This document shows, one piece after another, positions 9,869 through 20,448 of a stretch of 64,000 nt of DNA. Both the position numbers and the translations under genes were made by a program. Every line of letters begins with the position of its first letter. Within the stretch, counting starts at the first letter, position 1. The notes below the pieces were generated by a model. That model was not told where the DNA came from. It ran no database searches and saw nothing but the letters and a program-made list of their open reading frames with translations. The stretch is taken from positions 62,001 to 126,000 of IMG/VR virus record IMGVR_UViG_3300042261_002390; one strand, 5' to 3'.

Positions 9869-11458
9869 ATGAAAATATTTAACTCAAACGGTAGTAAAGA
9901 AAGACTCTTCGAAATGATGGGTAGAGTCAATAAAATTAATATCAATGAAAATATTAATGAAATTGGTGGACAATCGCTAAATCCTGCAAGTGTTCTTAGT
10001 GTTGCATTTAGTCAACTTGTAGGTAAAAAAATAAATATTCAGCAAAGTAAAACATATGCTAGTGACGATGAAAGCTTTGTTGAGTTAATGGGTGTTGATG
10101 GTGAAGGTAATAATATCACGTTTACCTTTAAGATTACTAGCTCAGAGGCAGACCAAGATGGCGTTTATAATATTAACGATGCGTTGTTAACTTCATTTAG
10201 CTTCGATAGCGTGTCTGGTGATACTGTTGAATTGGATGAAAGCAATTTAAATCAGTTCAACATGCAGCATAAAAATGAAATTATTGGCATTGTTAGTGAT
10301 TATGCTGATTTTGATGAAAATGTTCCGGAAATCGATGAATCTTATTTAGATGCTATCAAAAAAATTGATTCATATCCATTTGGCGGTACTCCAAGAACAA
10401 TGCAAACTAGCCAAGCATATGGTGATGAAAAACCAACAAATGCAAATGTTAGGGTAAAAGCACCTGAATTGAATAAGTTTGTTGATGAAGAGGTTACTAT
10501 CGGTACTACTGGTATTATGGGTGGTACTCCTAAGCCAGCTAACCCAAGTACAAAATCACCAATTGAAAGTCTTCCTGAAGATAAAAAGAAGATTATTAAA
10601 ACAGCAATCGATAATATCACAGTAAAAAAAGGTAGACGTGAATATGCTCCAACTGCTGCAGAAGTACAAGCAGAAATTAATAGAATGAAATCTATAGTAA
10701 GTGAAGATTACGACCCTAGAGACCCGGTAACATTTATTAGTAGCGGAGATTATAATGGACAGAAGGCATTTGACTCATTATCTCAAAAAAATAAGGATAC
10801 TATTTTAAGAATAGCACAGCGTGATTTAAATAAGTTCTTAACTGAGAAAGGTATTAATGTTGATGACTATATTCAAAAGAATTATAGCGAATATGAAAAA
10901 CATTTAAATAAATTGGCTTTAATGTATTTCGAACAACAATATTCATCACAAGCAGTGAATGAAGATGACGATTATCCCGACCAAATAGGTAAAAAATTTA
11001 AAACCAAATCAAAATATCCTAAAGCTAAGAAAAAACCACAAACTACTGTGAATATTGATGAAAATGATGATGAAGAAAATGTTGAAATTTTAGCTCAAAA
11101 GCATGATGAAACTGGTGAAGAACTTAAAGGTGGATTGGGTGATGGTAAGTCACCGATGCAATTTGACCCTGAGCAAGTATCATTAGGTATTAAAGTAGAA
11201 ATGGAACATACTGATGACCCAATGAAAGCGTTGGAAATTGCATTAGACCATTTAACTGAAGACCCGGAATATTATACAGTAAAAGATGACCCGGAAGCAT
11301 CTGCACAATTTAATGCAGCTAATGATGCTGAAGAAATAAAAACTGATGATGAAGAAGAAGATGACGATGAGGAAGAAACTGATGAATTATTAGGATTTAA
11401 ACCAAAAAATGTAGGTGATTATGAAGGCGATGCTTATGAAGAATCGACAACATATTAA
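9869..11458 (+). CDS. Acidic multidomain protein with DUF5661-like C-terminal module
   Basis: GIKVEMEHTDDP..ALEIALDHLTEDPEYYT; N-terminus shared with the 9410 ORF. Confidence 0.55.
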   Translation: MKIFNSNGSKERLFEMMGRVNKININENINEIGGQSLNPASVLSVAFSQLVGKKINIQQSKTYASDDESFVELMGVDGEGNNITFTFKITSSEADQDGVYNINDALLTSFSFDSVSGDTVELDESNLNQFNMQHKNEIIGIVSDYADFDENVPEIDESYLDAIKKIDSYPFGGTPRTMQTSQAYGDEKPTNANVRVKAPELNKFVDEEVTIGTTGIMGGTPKPANPSTKSPIESLPEDKKKIIKTAIDNITVKKGRREYAPTAAEVQAEINRMKSIVSEDYDPRDPVTFISSGDYNGQKAFDSLSQKNKDTILRIAQRDLNKFLTEKGINVDDYIQKNYSEYEKHLNKLALMYFEQQYSSQAVNEDDDYPDQIGKKFKTKSKYPKAKKKPQTTVNIDENDDEENVEILAQKHDETGEELKGGLGDGKSPMQFDPEQVSLGIKVEMEHTDDPMKALEIALDHLTEDPEYYTVKDDPEASAQFNAANDAEEIKTDDEEEDDDEEETDELLGFKPKNVGDYEGDAYEESTTY

Positions 11459-11493
11459 CAAGTGTATATTTTTTTATAAAAATCAAGAATAAT

Positions 11494-11521
11494 AAAAGAC
11501 TACTTAACGGTAGTCTTTTTT
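11494..11521 (+). terminator. Intrinsic terminator
   Basis: AAAAGACTAC-ttaacg-GTAGTCTTTT hairpin plus T run. Confidence 0.75.
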
Positions 11522-11550
11522 GTTTCATCGTATTTATATGAAAAAAGAAG

Positions 11551-12960
11551 ATGTCAATATTTAGGTCATATTTTGCAAAAAACGATACGTTGATTGATAA
11601 CAATCAAACAAACAATTCACAGAATCCTGTTACTGAAATATCATATGGTACTTTCAATAAGGATGTTAGTAGATTTATTTTCGATGTTGATTTAAGTGGA
11701 TTACAAGAAAAGATATTACAAGGTTTTATTAACCCAAATAGAATTGTTAAGCATGTGTTACATATGACTAATACAATAAGCTATGCACCAAAATATATTG
11801 GAAAAAAATCATATAGTGAAAGCATTGATAGAGCATCGAGTTTTAATTTAGAGGTTTTTAATTTAAAACAAGATTGGGATGAGGGTAGTGGATATGATTT
11901 TATCTATAACGACTATACGTTATCGAGTTCTGCCGAACAAGCATCTAATTGGTATTCTGCAAAAACTGCTACACTATGGACTGTTCCCGGAGCATATATA
12001 TCAGGCACTAGTGAAATTATCGGAATGCAAAATTTTGAAGTGGGTAATGAAGATATCAATATTGACGTAACTGACTATATAAATCAAAGATTATTTGGTA
12101 CTGGATATACTGGAACTACGTTATTCTCTGGTGATAGCTATGGATTAGGTATTAAATTTACTGATGTTTTCGAACAAATTGAAACTGAATTCAGAAAGGC
12201 TGTTGCATTTCACGCTAAAAATACTAATACGTTTTATGAGCCATATATTGAAACAGTAATTGACGATTTGATTACTGATGATAGAAATTATTTTTATTTA
12301 GATAAAGATAATGACCTATACTTATATGTAAATGTGGGTGGTTTAAATCAAAATATTGTTGTTAATGGTGTAAATATTTATGACCAAAACGATAATTTAG
12401 TAACAACAATCTCAAGTAATTCAATTATTAATGTAAGTAAAGGAATATATAAAATCACATTGAATATTGATTCAGACACATATCCGGATGCAGTTTTATT
12501 TAGGGATGAATGGTTGTTAACTATTAATAGTAAGTCAAAAAAATATAGTGGTGAATTTTATTTAATATCTCAAGATAATTATTATACGTTCAATCAGTCA
12601 AATTATATAAATTTTGATAATTATTTCTTTTATTTTTGGGGTATATCTGAAAAAGAAAATATTAGGGCTAATGGCGTGAGAAAAATTAAGCTTACTATTA
12701 AAGAATTATATCCTAATCAAAATAATTTCTTACCTTTGGACATTGAATATCGATTATTTACAACAGTAGGTAATAAATATGAGTTAGATGTAATACCGTT
12801 TACATCAGTGAATAGAACAAACACTGGATATGAATTTGATTTAGATACGTCGTGGTTAATTCCACAAGATTATAAACTTCAAATTCGTATGAAAAATGGT
12901 GATTATTTTGAAAATAAGCAAACGTTATCATTTACAATTGTTTCTGAAAATATTATTTAA
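11551..12960 (+). CDS. Putative virion structural protein
   Basis: 469 aa, beta-rich Ig-like character, GTATTTATA motif upstream. Confidence 0.5.
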   Translation: MSIFRSYFAKNDTLIDNNQTNNSQNPVTEISYGTFNKDVSRFIFDVDLSGLQEKILQGFINPNRIVKHVLHMTNTISYAPKYIGKKSYSESIDRASSFNLEVFNLKQDWDEGSGYDFIYNDYTLSSSAEQASNWYSAKTATLWTVPGAYISGTSEIIGMQNFEVGNEDINIDVTDYINQRLFGTGYTGTTLFSGDSYGLGIKFTDVFEQIETEFRKAVAFHAKNTNTFYEPYIETVIDDLITDDRNYFYLDKDNDLYLYVNVGGLNQNIVVNGVNIYDQNDNLVTTISSNSIINVSKGIYKITLNIDSDTYPDAVLFRDEWLLTINSKSKKYSGEFYLISQDNYYTFNQSNYINFDNYFFYFWGISEKENIRANGVRKIKLTIKELYPNQNNFLPLDIEYRLFTTVGNKYELDVIPFTSVNRTNTGYEFDLDTSWLIPQDYKLQIRMKNGDYFENKQTLSFTIVSENII

Positions 12961-13017
12961 AATATTATAAATTTTCTATTTTTTTAAAAAAGTCTTGTAT
13001 TTATAAGAAATGTAGGC

Positions 13018-13025
13018 TATATTTG
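13018..13025 (+). promoter_or_regulatory. Bacteroidota-type -7 promoter element
   Basis: TATATTTG matches TAnnTTTG, with TTG about 20 nt upstream; precedes SSB. Confidence 0.7.
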
Positions 13026-13074
13026 TAGCATAATATTATATTGAAAATTATTAAAAACTGTAAATTTTATTAAC

Positions 13075-14268
13075 ATGGAAAATCAAAATGTAAACGGTCT
13101 TAATGACCTTAAAAAAATGTTCTCAGACTTTCAAAAAAAACAGGGTACTGTAGGTAAAAAAACTCGTGAAGATATTTTAGCCAAGTATTTTGTACCTCGA
13201 AACACAAGAGAAACTTTCAGAATCCTTCCTCCTAAACCCGGAAAAAAACACATTGAAGAAGCTTTCTTTCACGTAGTAACTACTAATGGTAGTGGTGGTA
13301 AGAAAAAACACGGCACTGTTATTTATTGTCCGGCACACAATGACCCAAAAGTTCAGAAATTGGACATTAACGGTAAACCAATGTTCGACGCAAACAATCA
13401 ACCTATTATGATTCCAGCACCATGTCCTTTGTGTGCTAAAAATAAAAGAGAGATTGCAAAACAAGACCCTTCAATTAAAGGCATTAAAAAGGAAAACATG
13501 AACGATGCCCAATTGAAAATCAAGGCTAAAAATGACGAAATCTACAAGGAAGCCGTTAAATGGGAAGCCAAGAAATTCTACATTGTTCGTGGAATTGATA
13601 AGGGTGCTGAAAAAGATGGCGTTAAATTTTGGAGATTTAAGAGCAATTTCAGAAATCAAGGTACACTTGATAAATTACTCCCAATTTTGGAAGATTACTT
13701 CCAATCACAGCAAGCAGACTTTTCAGACCCTCAGAATGGTACTGATTTGAGTATTATTATGACTGATAGTGAATTTAACGGTCATGTATACAAAACAATT
13801 TCAGCTATCACAACTCGTGGTAAATCACCATTACATTCAGACCCAATCGTTGCCCGTCAATGGTTAGATGATAATATTGGGTGGAGAGAAGTATTCTTAC
13901 CTAAGAAAGCACCGGGTATTACTCCTTATGAGTATCTTGAAATGGTTGTAAGCGGTACTAGTCCATATTGGGATGATAGTGATGCAAACAACAAACATTG
14001 GGTATTCCCGGGTCGTCCAGATTTGGAAGAAGCAGCAAATACTCGTTCACGTAATCTTGATGCTGATAATGATGATAATTTCGAATATGCATCGGATGTT
14101 GACGAAGAATATCCACGAGTTACAATCAGTAACATCACTGAATCAAAGGTTGGTACATTCAATGATGACGCTATGGATATCGGTGCTGAAGCTGCTGCAA
14201 AGGTAAATGCTTCAAACACAACCGAGCCAGAAGATGATGGTGAGGATTATAGCGATTTACCTTTCTAA
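13075..14268 (+). CDS. Single-stranded DNA-binding protein (T4 gp32-like)
   Basis: FRILPP, YCP...CPLC Zn ligands, G.DL.I, acidic tail ending DYSDLPF; next to UvsX. Confidence 0.8.
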   Translation: MENQNVNGLNDLKKMFSDFQKKQGTVGKKTREDILAKYFVPRNTRETFRILPPKPGKKHIEEAFFHVVTTNGSGGKKKHGTVIYCPAHNDPKVQKLDINGKPMFDANNQPIMIPAPCPLCAKNKREIAKQDPSIKGIKKENMNDAQLKIKAKNDEIYKEAVKWEAKKFYIVRGIDKGAEKDGVKFWRFKSNFRNQGTLDKLLPILEDYFQSQQADFSDPQNGTDLSIIMTDSEFNGHVYKTISAITTRGKSPLHSDPIVARQWLDDNIGWREVFLPKKAPGITPYEYLEMVVSGTSPYWDDSDANNKHWVFPGRPDLEEAANTRSRNLDADNDDNFEYASDVDEEYPRVTISNITESKVGTFNDDAMDIGAEAAAKVNASNTTEPEDDGEDYSDLPF

Positions 14269-14282
14269 AAATTAAAAGAAAA

Positions 14283-14314
14283 AAACAATGGGGATTAATA
14301 ATCCCCATTGTTTT
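14283..14314 (+). terminator. Intrinsic (possibly bidirectional) terminator
   Basis: AACAATGGGGATT / AATCCCCATTGTT inverted repeat with A and T flanks. Confidence 0.75.
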
Positions 14315-14332
14315 CAATAATCAATTATAAAT

Positions 14333-15454
14333 ATGGCAAGAATTGTAGACGATGTGCCGTCTAATGACAAGGCACGTAAACCTGTGGCGAAAAAAACATT
14401 TTCGCTTGATAATTTTAAAAAGAAAATTGGTGCTGAAGACGTACCCGATAAGCCATTACGTTGGATTGAATTGTCAAAGGGATTCAAAACAGCTACAGGT
14501 ATGCCGGGATTTGCTAAAGGTTATGTAAATTTGGCTCGTGGTCACTCAAATACTGGTAAGTCAACAGCAATCTGTGAAGGAATTGTAGCTGCCCAAAAAA
14601 TGGGTGATTTTGTTGTAATTATCGATACTGAAAATAATTTAGGTAGAGATAGGTTAACCTCAATGGGTTTTGATTGGGATGGTAATTATCTTCATATTGA
14701 TAATGAATATCTTCTTCAAAATTTCGGTAAAGCTCAAGATAAAGACAGAAAAGAAGCTGCTATCGAAGATATGGCTAAATGTATGTATTATTTATTGGAT
14801 ATTCAGGAATCAGGTGATTTACCATTCGACATTACATTTGCAATCGATTCGATTGGTACATTAAACTGTATTAAAACAGTTAATGCACAAGAAAAAGACG
14901 ATTCACAAAATAATATGTGGAATGCTGGTGCTTATGAAAAAGCATTTATGAATCTTCTTAATAATACAATACCTAATAGTAGAAAGGTAAATAAACCATA
15001 TACTAATACTATTATTGCTGTTCAAAAAATTTGGATTGACAATATGAACCAAGGTGTTGTAAAACATAAAGGCGGTGAAACATGGTATTTGGGGTCAAGA
15101 TTGATTTTCCATTTTGGTGGAATTATTAGTCATTCAACAAAGCGTGTTACAGCTACAAGCAAAAAACGTGAATTATCATACGGTATTGAAACTAAAGTTA
15201 ATGTAGCTAAGAACCATATTGATGGTCCTCTTGGGGGTATTTCTATGGAAGGCAAGATTATTTCAACACCGCACGGATTTGTATATCCTGATGATTTAGA
15301 AACATACAAAAAGGCAAATGTATTGTACTTCAGAAATTTATTTGAAGATGATGACATTAATGCTGATGAAATTGAAACTAAAATCAGAAATGTCGATGTA
15401 AACGGCAAAATATCGTTTGCCGACGATTATGTCGAAAGTAGCGATAACGATTAA
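14333..15454 (+). CDS. uvsX: RecA/UvsX-like recombinase
   Basis: GHSNTGKST Walker A, IIDTEN, FAIDSIG, KHKGGET.Y. Confidence 0.85.
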   Translation: MARIVDDVPSNDKARKPVAKKTFSLDNFKKKIGAEDVPDKPLRWIELSKGFKTATGMPGFAKGYVNLARGHSNTGKSTAICEGIVAAQKMGDFVVIIDTENNLGRDRLTSMGFDWDGNYLHIDNEYLLQNFGKAQDKDRKEAAIEDMAKCMYYLLDIQESGDLPFDITFAIDSIGTLNCIKTVNAQEKDDSQNNMWNAGAYEKAFMNLLNNTIPNSRKVNKPYTNTIIAVQKIWIDNMNQGVVKHKGGETWYLGSRLIFHFGGIISHSTKRVTATSKKRELSYGIETKVNVAKNHIDGPLGGISMEGKIISTPHGFVYPDDLETYKKANVLYFRNLFEDDDINADEIETKIRNVDVNGKISFADDYVESSDND

Positions 15455-15457
15455 ACA

Positions 15458-16510
15458 ATGAAAACTAGAACTTTATTAGTCGATGCTTCTAATCTATTGA
15501 AACGTTCGTTTCATGGTGCTAAGGATGTGTATACTCCCGCTTTTGGTCACATTGGTGGGTTATATCAATTCTTGACTACGATACGTAAATTAATTAAGGA
15601 ACATAAGACTAATAAAGTTATTCTAGTTTGGGATGGTGAAAATGGTGGTATTCATAGACATCGAATCGATATTAACTACAAAGCTAATCGTAAGTCGAAA
15701 GAGTGGTATACTAAGATTGAACTGAGTGAAAGCGAGATAAAACGTGAGAAGGAAAAAGAGCAATCAATCTTAAAACAGAGAATTAGAATTCAGGCATATG
15801 CTGAAGAACTATATTTGAGACAAATTGAGATTGATGATATTGAAGCTGATGATTTAATTGCTGAATATTGTCTTAGGTATAATCAAAGAGAAGAAATTTT
15901 ATTATACTCCAATGACCGAGATTTTGCACAATTATTGGATTTGAATATTACTATATTATTTCCAAACATTAGTGAACCTGTTACTAAGTTTAATTATATT
16001 ATGCATTTTGACCATCATTATTCAAATGCGTTAACATTAAAAATTATCTGTGGTGATACTGCAGATAATATTAAAGGCATTGAAGGAATTGGTGAAGGTA
16101 CATTATTAAAATATTTTCCGGAATTAAAGTTTAAACATCTTTCTGTGAGAGAAATATGCATTAAGGCAAATGAAATTAATCAAGAAAGAATTAGCAACAA
16201 AAAGAAACCAATTAAATCATTGGAAAATTTATTAAATAGCGTAAAGCGATTAAAGACTAACTATCAGTTGGTTAACCTGCGTGAACCTATTTTAAATACA
16301 AAAGCATTGGAGGGTTTAGAAGAACTAGAAACACCTTTAAACCCAGAAAAAAGAGGTGGTAGATATTTGATTAAATTAATGCAAGAAGACCAATTTCTAA
16401 CAATATATAACAGTACAATAGTACAATATATCGAACCTTTTTATACTGTTGCTCAATGTGAAAAAGATGCATATGATAGATACATGAAAAAAAATAGACG
16501 AGTTTTGTAA
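15458..16510 (+). CDS. 5'-3' exonuclease / RNase H (T4 rnh / PolI 5' nuclease family)
   Basis: LLVDASNL, YKANR, EADDLIA, SNDRDFAQL, GDTADNIKGIEGIGE helix-hairpin-helix. Confidence 0.9.
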   Translation: MKTRTLLVDASNLLKRSFHGAKDVYTPAFGHIGGLYQFLTTIRKLIKEHKTNKVILVWDGENGGIHRHRIDINYKANRKSKEWYTKIELSESEIKREKEKEQSILKQRIRIQAYAEELYLRQIEIDDIEADDLIAEYCLRYNQREEILLYSNDRDFAQLLDLNITILFPNISEPVTKFNYIMHFDHHYSNALTLKIICGDTADNIKGIEGIGEGTLLKYFPELKFKHLSVREICIKANEINQERISNKKKPIKSLENLLNSVKRLKTNYQLVNLREPILNTKALEGLEELETPLNPEKRGGRYLIKLMQEDQFLTIYNSTIVQYIEPFYTVAQCEKDAYDRYMKKNRRVL

Positions 16511-16539
16511 AAAACCTTTCATTTAAATTTCTTTGTATA

Positions 16540-16547
16540 TATATTTG
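16540..16547 (+). promoter_or_regulatory. Bacteroidota-type -7 promoter element
   Basis: TATATTTG upstream of the 16576 ORF. Confidence 0.6.
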
Positions 16548-16575
16548 TAGTATAAACTTTAAATATAATAATAAG

Positions 16576-17235
16576 ATGAACGAGAAAAAGTTCAGTAATA
16601 AATTTAAGTTTTCATTATATCAGCAAGATGTGTTGTTGTGTGAAAAGATGTTTGATGCTGACCAGTTTAATCCTTTTACCCGAAGTTCTATTGACATTAG
16701 GGAGATTTTACCTCGTGCAACTGTAAAGTTGCAAAAAGTGCTTTCTAAAAGAAGTTACGAGACATGTGTTGACGTTGGATTTAGTAATACTGATGATGTT
16801 AATAGTCTTGAATCTTCGTATGAATTATTTCAATATCATCAAAAAATGGTTAACCTCTACCCTCAAGGATATAGGAATGATATGAAATACAATCCCGAAC
16901 CAATTGTTCAACAAATCGTTAATGATTTTACACTTGAAGAAAAAACCATTAAGGGTGTTGAATGTAAAATTGGTTTTTATATCAACGATAAAACCATTGT
17001 TGAAAGGGTTTTTTATGTTGATGGCTTCAATCCTATAGCTAGGTGGTCATTAGATGTTGTTTATATAGTTGATGAAATTGTTGAAATGATTTTCAACAAT
17101 ATTAAAAAAACTGACGTAAAGAATATTTGGGATGATTATGATTTAATTAAGAAAATGGGACTTTCATTTAATGAAATTAAACTACTGCCTGCATCTGAAA
17201 GAGACATGTTGTTGAGAAGGATTAAAGACAACTAA
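16576..17235 (+). CDS. Hypothetical protein
   Basis: 219-aa ORF in the replication cluster. Confidence 0.7.
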   Translation: MNEKKFSNKFKFSLYQQDVLLCEKMFDADQFNPFTRSSIDIREILPRATVKLQKVLSKRSYETCVDVGFSNTDDVNSLESSYELFQYHQKMVNLYPQGYRNDMKYNPEPIVQQIVNDFTLEEKTIKGVECKIGFYINDKTIVERVFYVDGFNPIARWSLDVVYIVDEIVEMIFNNIKKTDVKNIWDDYDLIKKMGLSFNEIKLLPASERDMLLRRIKDN

Positions 17236-17247
17236 AAGTTATTGACT

Positions 17248-17278
17248 GGTGACTGTTTAATACAACAGTCACCTTTTT
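17248..17278 (+). terminator. Intrinsic terminator
   Basis: GGTGACTGTT-taatac-AACAGTCACC plus T5. Confidence 0.7.
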
Positions 17279-17300
17279 AATCTATTATTTTATTTAAACT

Positions 17301-19280
17301 ATGAGTGATTTGAGCGAAAATACACTTTCGGCATATTATGGTACTGAATTTCAAATGCATTTGTTATGGCAGTTGTTAGTTGAACCAGAATTTGCAGAGA
17401 AAATATTGCCTGTTTTAGCTGTGGAATACTTTGATAGTCCACATTTTAAAAGGTTATTCATTATTATTTTTGAATACTATAAGGAGTTTGGTAAAGTACC
17501 AAATCTACAAAACCAAAGTATTAAGCATGCAATTAATAAATATAAAACACCCAATAATTTAATTGAAGAAGAATCATTATTTTCTGAACTTAGGCGTATT
17601 GAATTATGGAATGACCGTGTTATTAATAAACAATTATTACACAGTGGTGATGTTATTCAGAAAGAAACATTTAATTTTATTAAACAACAGGAATATCGTA
17701 AATTAGGTGAATTTATTCTCGATAAAACAAAAACAGGTGAAATTAGAAATAAAAAGAATCTGTTTAATATCGAGGAAAGATTTCAAAAAATTTCACATAT
17801 TGGAGAAGAAGATGACGATTGTGAAGAAGTTATTGATAATATTAGTAGAGCACTTCGCAAAGAGTTTAGAAAAACTATACCTACTGGTGTTGAAGTAATT
17901 GATGCTTTAACTGGTGGTGGACTAGGTAAAGGCGAAATTGGCGTTATTTTAACTCCGTCAGGTGTTGGTAAAACTACATTATTGACAAAAATTGCAAATA
18001 CTGCGTATGAAGGGGGATATAATGTGGCTCAGGTTATTTTTGAAGACACACAAGACCAAGTAAAACGTAAACATTATTCAATATGGTCTAAAACACCGTT
18101 AAGTAAAATTGATGAAAACTTGGATTATGTAACTGAAATCTCCGAAAAAAGGGCAGCAGAATTGAGAGGTAATGGTAGATTATTGGTTAAAAGATTTAGT
18201 CAGGAAAATACTACCATTGTTGATATTAGAAATTGGATGACTTCATATCAGAAAAAATTTGGAATTAAGTTTGATTTACTAATACTTGACTATCTTGATT
18301 GTCTCGAATCACATAAACATTCACCCGATAGAAATGAAGCCGAATTAGCAATTGTTAAGGGATTTGAAGCATTGGCTTCTGATTTTGATATTCCTGCTTG
18401 GACTGCAATTCAAACAAATCGTTCGGGGTTTGATGCTGAATTTGTTGAAGCACATCAGTCCGGTGGTAGCATTAAGAGAATTCAAAAAGCACATTTCTTT
18501 ATGAGCGTCGCTAAAACACCAGACCAAAAACAAGCTGGTTTAGCTAATATCAGGATTATTAAGGCACGATTTGCACAGGATGGTCAAACGTTTAATGATT
18601 GTATATTCAATAATGATACGTTGGAAATCCGTATTGAAGATGATAGATATAAGTACAATAAACTTAGTAAAGGTCAGAAACATCATGACTCTAGTGATAT
18701 TGATAAATTAGAAAACAATATTAATAAAATGCATGTTGCAGCTAGTAATTATATGGACGATGCGTTAAGTCGAGCAAATGATGATGCTGTAAATGATGCT
18801 GTGTTTGATAATTTACGTGACACGTATATTGCTAAAAATAATACAGATGATGTATTGAAATTACCTGAAATTACGAATAATGTGGATGAAGTCGATGATG
18901 ATAACGCAGTGCTTCAGAAAATATATCAAGAAGCTGCATTAATCGACTATGACAATTCTGAATTACTTGAATTCGGTGAACCTAGATTTGATGTTGAAAG
19001 TGATGTGATTGAAAGTCCATCAACAGTATTGAACGATTCTGAATTTAATCTTATCGGATGGAATGGCGAGTCTGGAAAAACAACAGTTGAAATTATTAAT
19101 ATGCCAAGTATTGAGGTTAAGAATGAACCAAAACGACCAGTAAATTTGATTAGTGGCTCAGATATTAATGAAGTTGAAAAATTATTATCAGACCCTGATG
19201 AAGTCGAAAGACCACATATGGGCGTACATGAAATGTTACAACAAGCACGTAAAAATCAGGATGTTATGAAAAAAGATTAA
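17301..19280 (+). CDS. DnaB-type replicative helicase (T4 gp41-like) with long acidic C-terminal extension
   Basis: IPTG...D..TGGGLGKGE, PSGVGKTT, ILDYLD, WTAIQTNR, K.RF. Confidence 0.9.
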   Translation: MSDLSENTLSAYYGTEFQMHLLWQLLVEPEFAEKILPVLAVEYFDSPHFKRLFIIIFEYYKEFGKVPNLQNQSIKHAINKYKTPNNLIEEESLFSELRRIELWNDRVINKQLLHSGDVIQKETFNFIKQQEYRKLGEFILDKTKTGEIRNKKNLFNIEERFQKISHIGEEDDDCEEVIDNISRALRKEFRKTIPTGVEVIDALTGGGLGKGEIGVILTPSGVGKTTLLTKIANTAYEGGYNVAQVIFEDTQDQVKRKHYSIWSKTPLSKIDENLDYVTEISEKRAAELRGNGRLLVKRFSQENTTIVDIRNWMTSYQKKFGIKFDLLILDYLDCLESHKHSPDRNEAELAIVKGFEALASDFDIPAWTAIQTNRSGFDAEFVEAHQSGGSIKRIQKAHFFMSVAKTPDQKQAGLANIRIIKARFAQDGQTFNDCIFNNDTLEIRIEDDRYKYNKLSKGQKHHDSSDIDKLENNINKMHVAASNYMDDALSRANDDAVNDAVFDNLRDTYIAKNNTDDVLKLPEITNNVDEVDDDNAVLQKIYQEAALIDYDNSELLEFGEPRFDVESDVIESPSTVLNDSEFNLIGWNGESGKTTVEIINMPSIEVKNEPKRPVNLISGSDINEVEKLLSDPDEVERPHMGVHEMLQQARKNQDVMKKD

Positions 19281-19406
19281 AATAATTTGTAAATTTTTAT
19301 AAAAAATTGTAACTTTTTTAAAACTCATACGTAGGTATATATCACAAGCATATTGAAAAAAATAAAAAAATTTTTAAAAAATGCTTGCAGATTGAAATAA
19401 AGGTGT

Positions 19407-19414
19407 TATATTTG
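19407..19414 (+). promoter_or_regulatory. Bacteroidota-type promoter driving the RNA island
   Basis: TATATTTG with TTG at 19385-19387. Confidence 0.75.
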
Positions 19415-19459
19415 CACCGTCAATTTGAAACACGTTCATTGTAAGATTGAAAATTATAT

Positions 19460-19591
19460 GGGGAAGTATGCGAATAAAAAACAAAGAATATAGTCGTAAT
19501 ACTCCTACGGAGAACTGGTTATGTTTTCAGTAAAGGTACAGCAATTTGTGTTGAAAACAAATGTTTGTGGGTTCAACTCCCGCCTTCCCCA
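19460..19591 (+). ncRNA. tRNA-like RNA 1 (anticodon-position UGA) with ~60-nt D-loop insertion
   Basis: Acceptor GGGGAAG/CTTCCCC, D stem TGC/GCA, anticodon stem TTTGT/ACAAA with loop GTTGAAA, 5-nt variable loop, T arm GTGGG-TTCAACT-CCCGC. Confidence 0.8.
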
Positions 19592-19642
19592 CCGATGGTC
19601 ATTTTTTGTACTTTTTAGTATTTATATTAAAAAGTATATAAT

Positions 19643-20314
19643 ATGGCTAGAATTGAAAAAAAATATCATTTCATATATAAAACAACATGTATGTTAAATG
19701 ATAGGTATTATTTTGGAATGCATTCTACCGACAATATAAATGACGGATATATGGGTTCTGGAAGAAGATTAAAACGTTCATTGAAAAAATATGGTAAAGA
19801 AAATCATATCGTTGAAATTATTGAATTTTTACCTGACAGAAAATCACTTTTTCTTAGAGAAAAAGAAATTGTTAGCTTAAATGAAATTGCTAAAAAAAAT
19901 TGCATGAATTTAAAAGTTGGCGGTGATGGTGGGTTCTCTAGTGAACAGCATAGAATAAAATTTTTTGAAAAAGCAAGTGAATATTCAAAAATTAATTCAT
20001 TACTTGCTGTTAAACGTAAAGTCGAAATCCGTAAAAACAATCCAAATTGGCAGTTGGATTTAAATCGTAAGACTGGTGAAGGTGTTAGAAAATATTATCG
20101 TGATAATAATATTGTTGGTAGTTTTTATGGAAAAAAACACAGTGAACTATCTAAGGAAAAAATCAGTAAAACAAATAAAATAGTTCTTGCTGGAACAGGT
20201 AATTCACAATATGGCACACGTTGGATTACAAACGATATTGATAATAAAAAAATAATGAAAAATGATAATCTGCCAGATGGTTGGCATTATGGTAGAATTA
20301 TAAAGAAATTATAA
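19643..20314 (+). CDS. GIY-YIG (Seg-like) homing endonuclease with NUMOD3-like motif
   Basis: FIYKTT...YYFGMHST...DGYMGSG, FYGKKHSELSKEKIS. Confidence 0.85.
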   Translation: MARIEKKYHFIYKTTCMLNDRYYFGMHSTDNINDGYMGSGRRLKRSLKKYGKENHIVEIIEFLPDRKSLFLREKEIVSLNEIAKKNCMNLKVGGDGGFSSEQHRIKFFEKASEYSKINSLLAVKRKVEIRKNNPNWQLDLNRKTGEGVRKYYRDNNIVGSFYGKKHSELSKEKISKTNKIVLAGTGNSQYGTRWITNDIDNKKIMKNDNLPDGWHYGRIIKKL

Positions 20315-20335
20315 AGGAAACTGATTGTTATTTCA

Positions 20336-20408
20336 GTACAATTAACTCAGTGGGTAGAGTATTTGCCTATCAAGCGAAACGCCGTTGGTTCAAATCCAGC
20401 ATTGTAAA
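20336..20408 (+). tRNA. Atypical tRNA, anticodon ATC (Asp-like), possibly non-functional
   Basis: Cloverleaf: GTACAAT/ATTGTAA (1:72 mismatch), D ACTC/GAGT, anticodon TTTGC-CTATCAA-GCGAA, T GTTGG-TTCAAAT-CCAGC; no CCA. Confidence 0.7.
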
Positions 20409-20448
20409 ACAATAGATAACAAACGAAATATCCTTTTTAAAAATATAT

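Noticed and set aside
20316-20337. Third partial copy of the D-loop insert (GTTATTTCAGTA) just upstream of the ATC tRNA
   Set aside because: The match is too short and AT-rich to distinguish from chance; it forms only a small ACTGA/TCAGT hairpin
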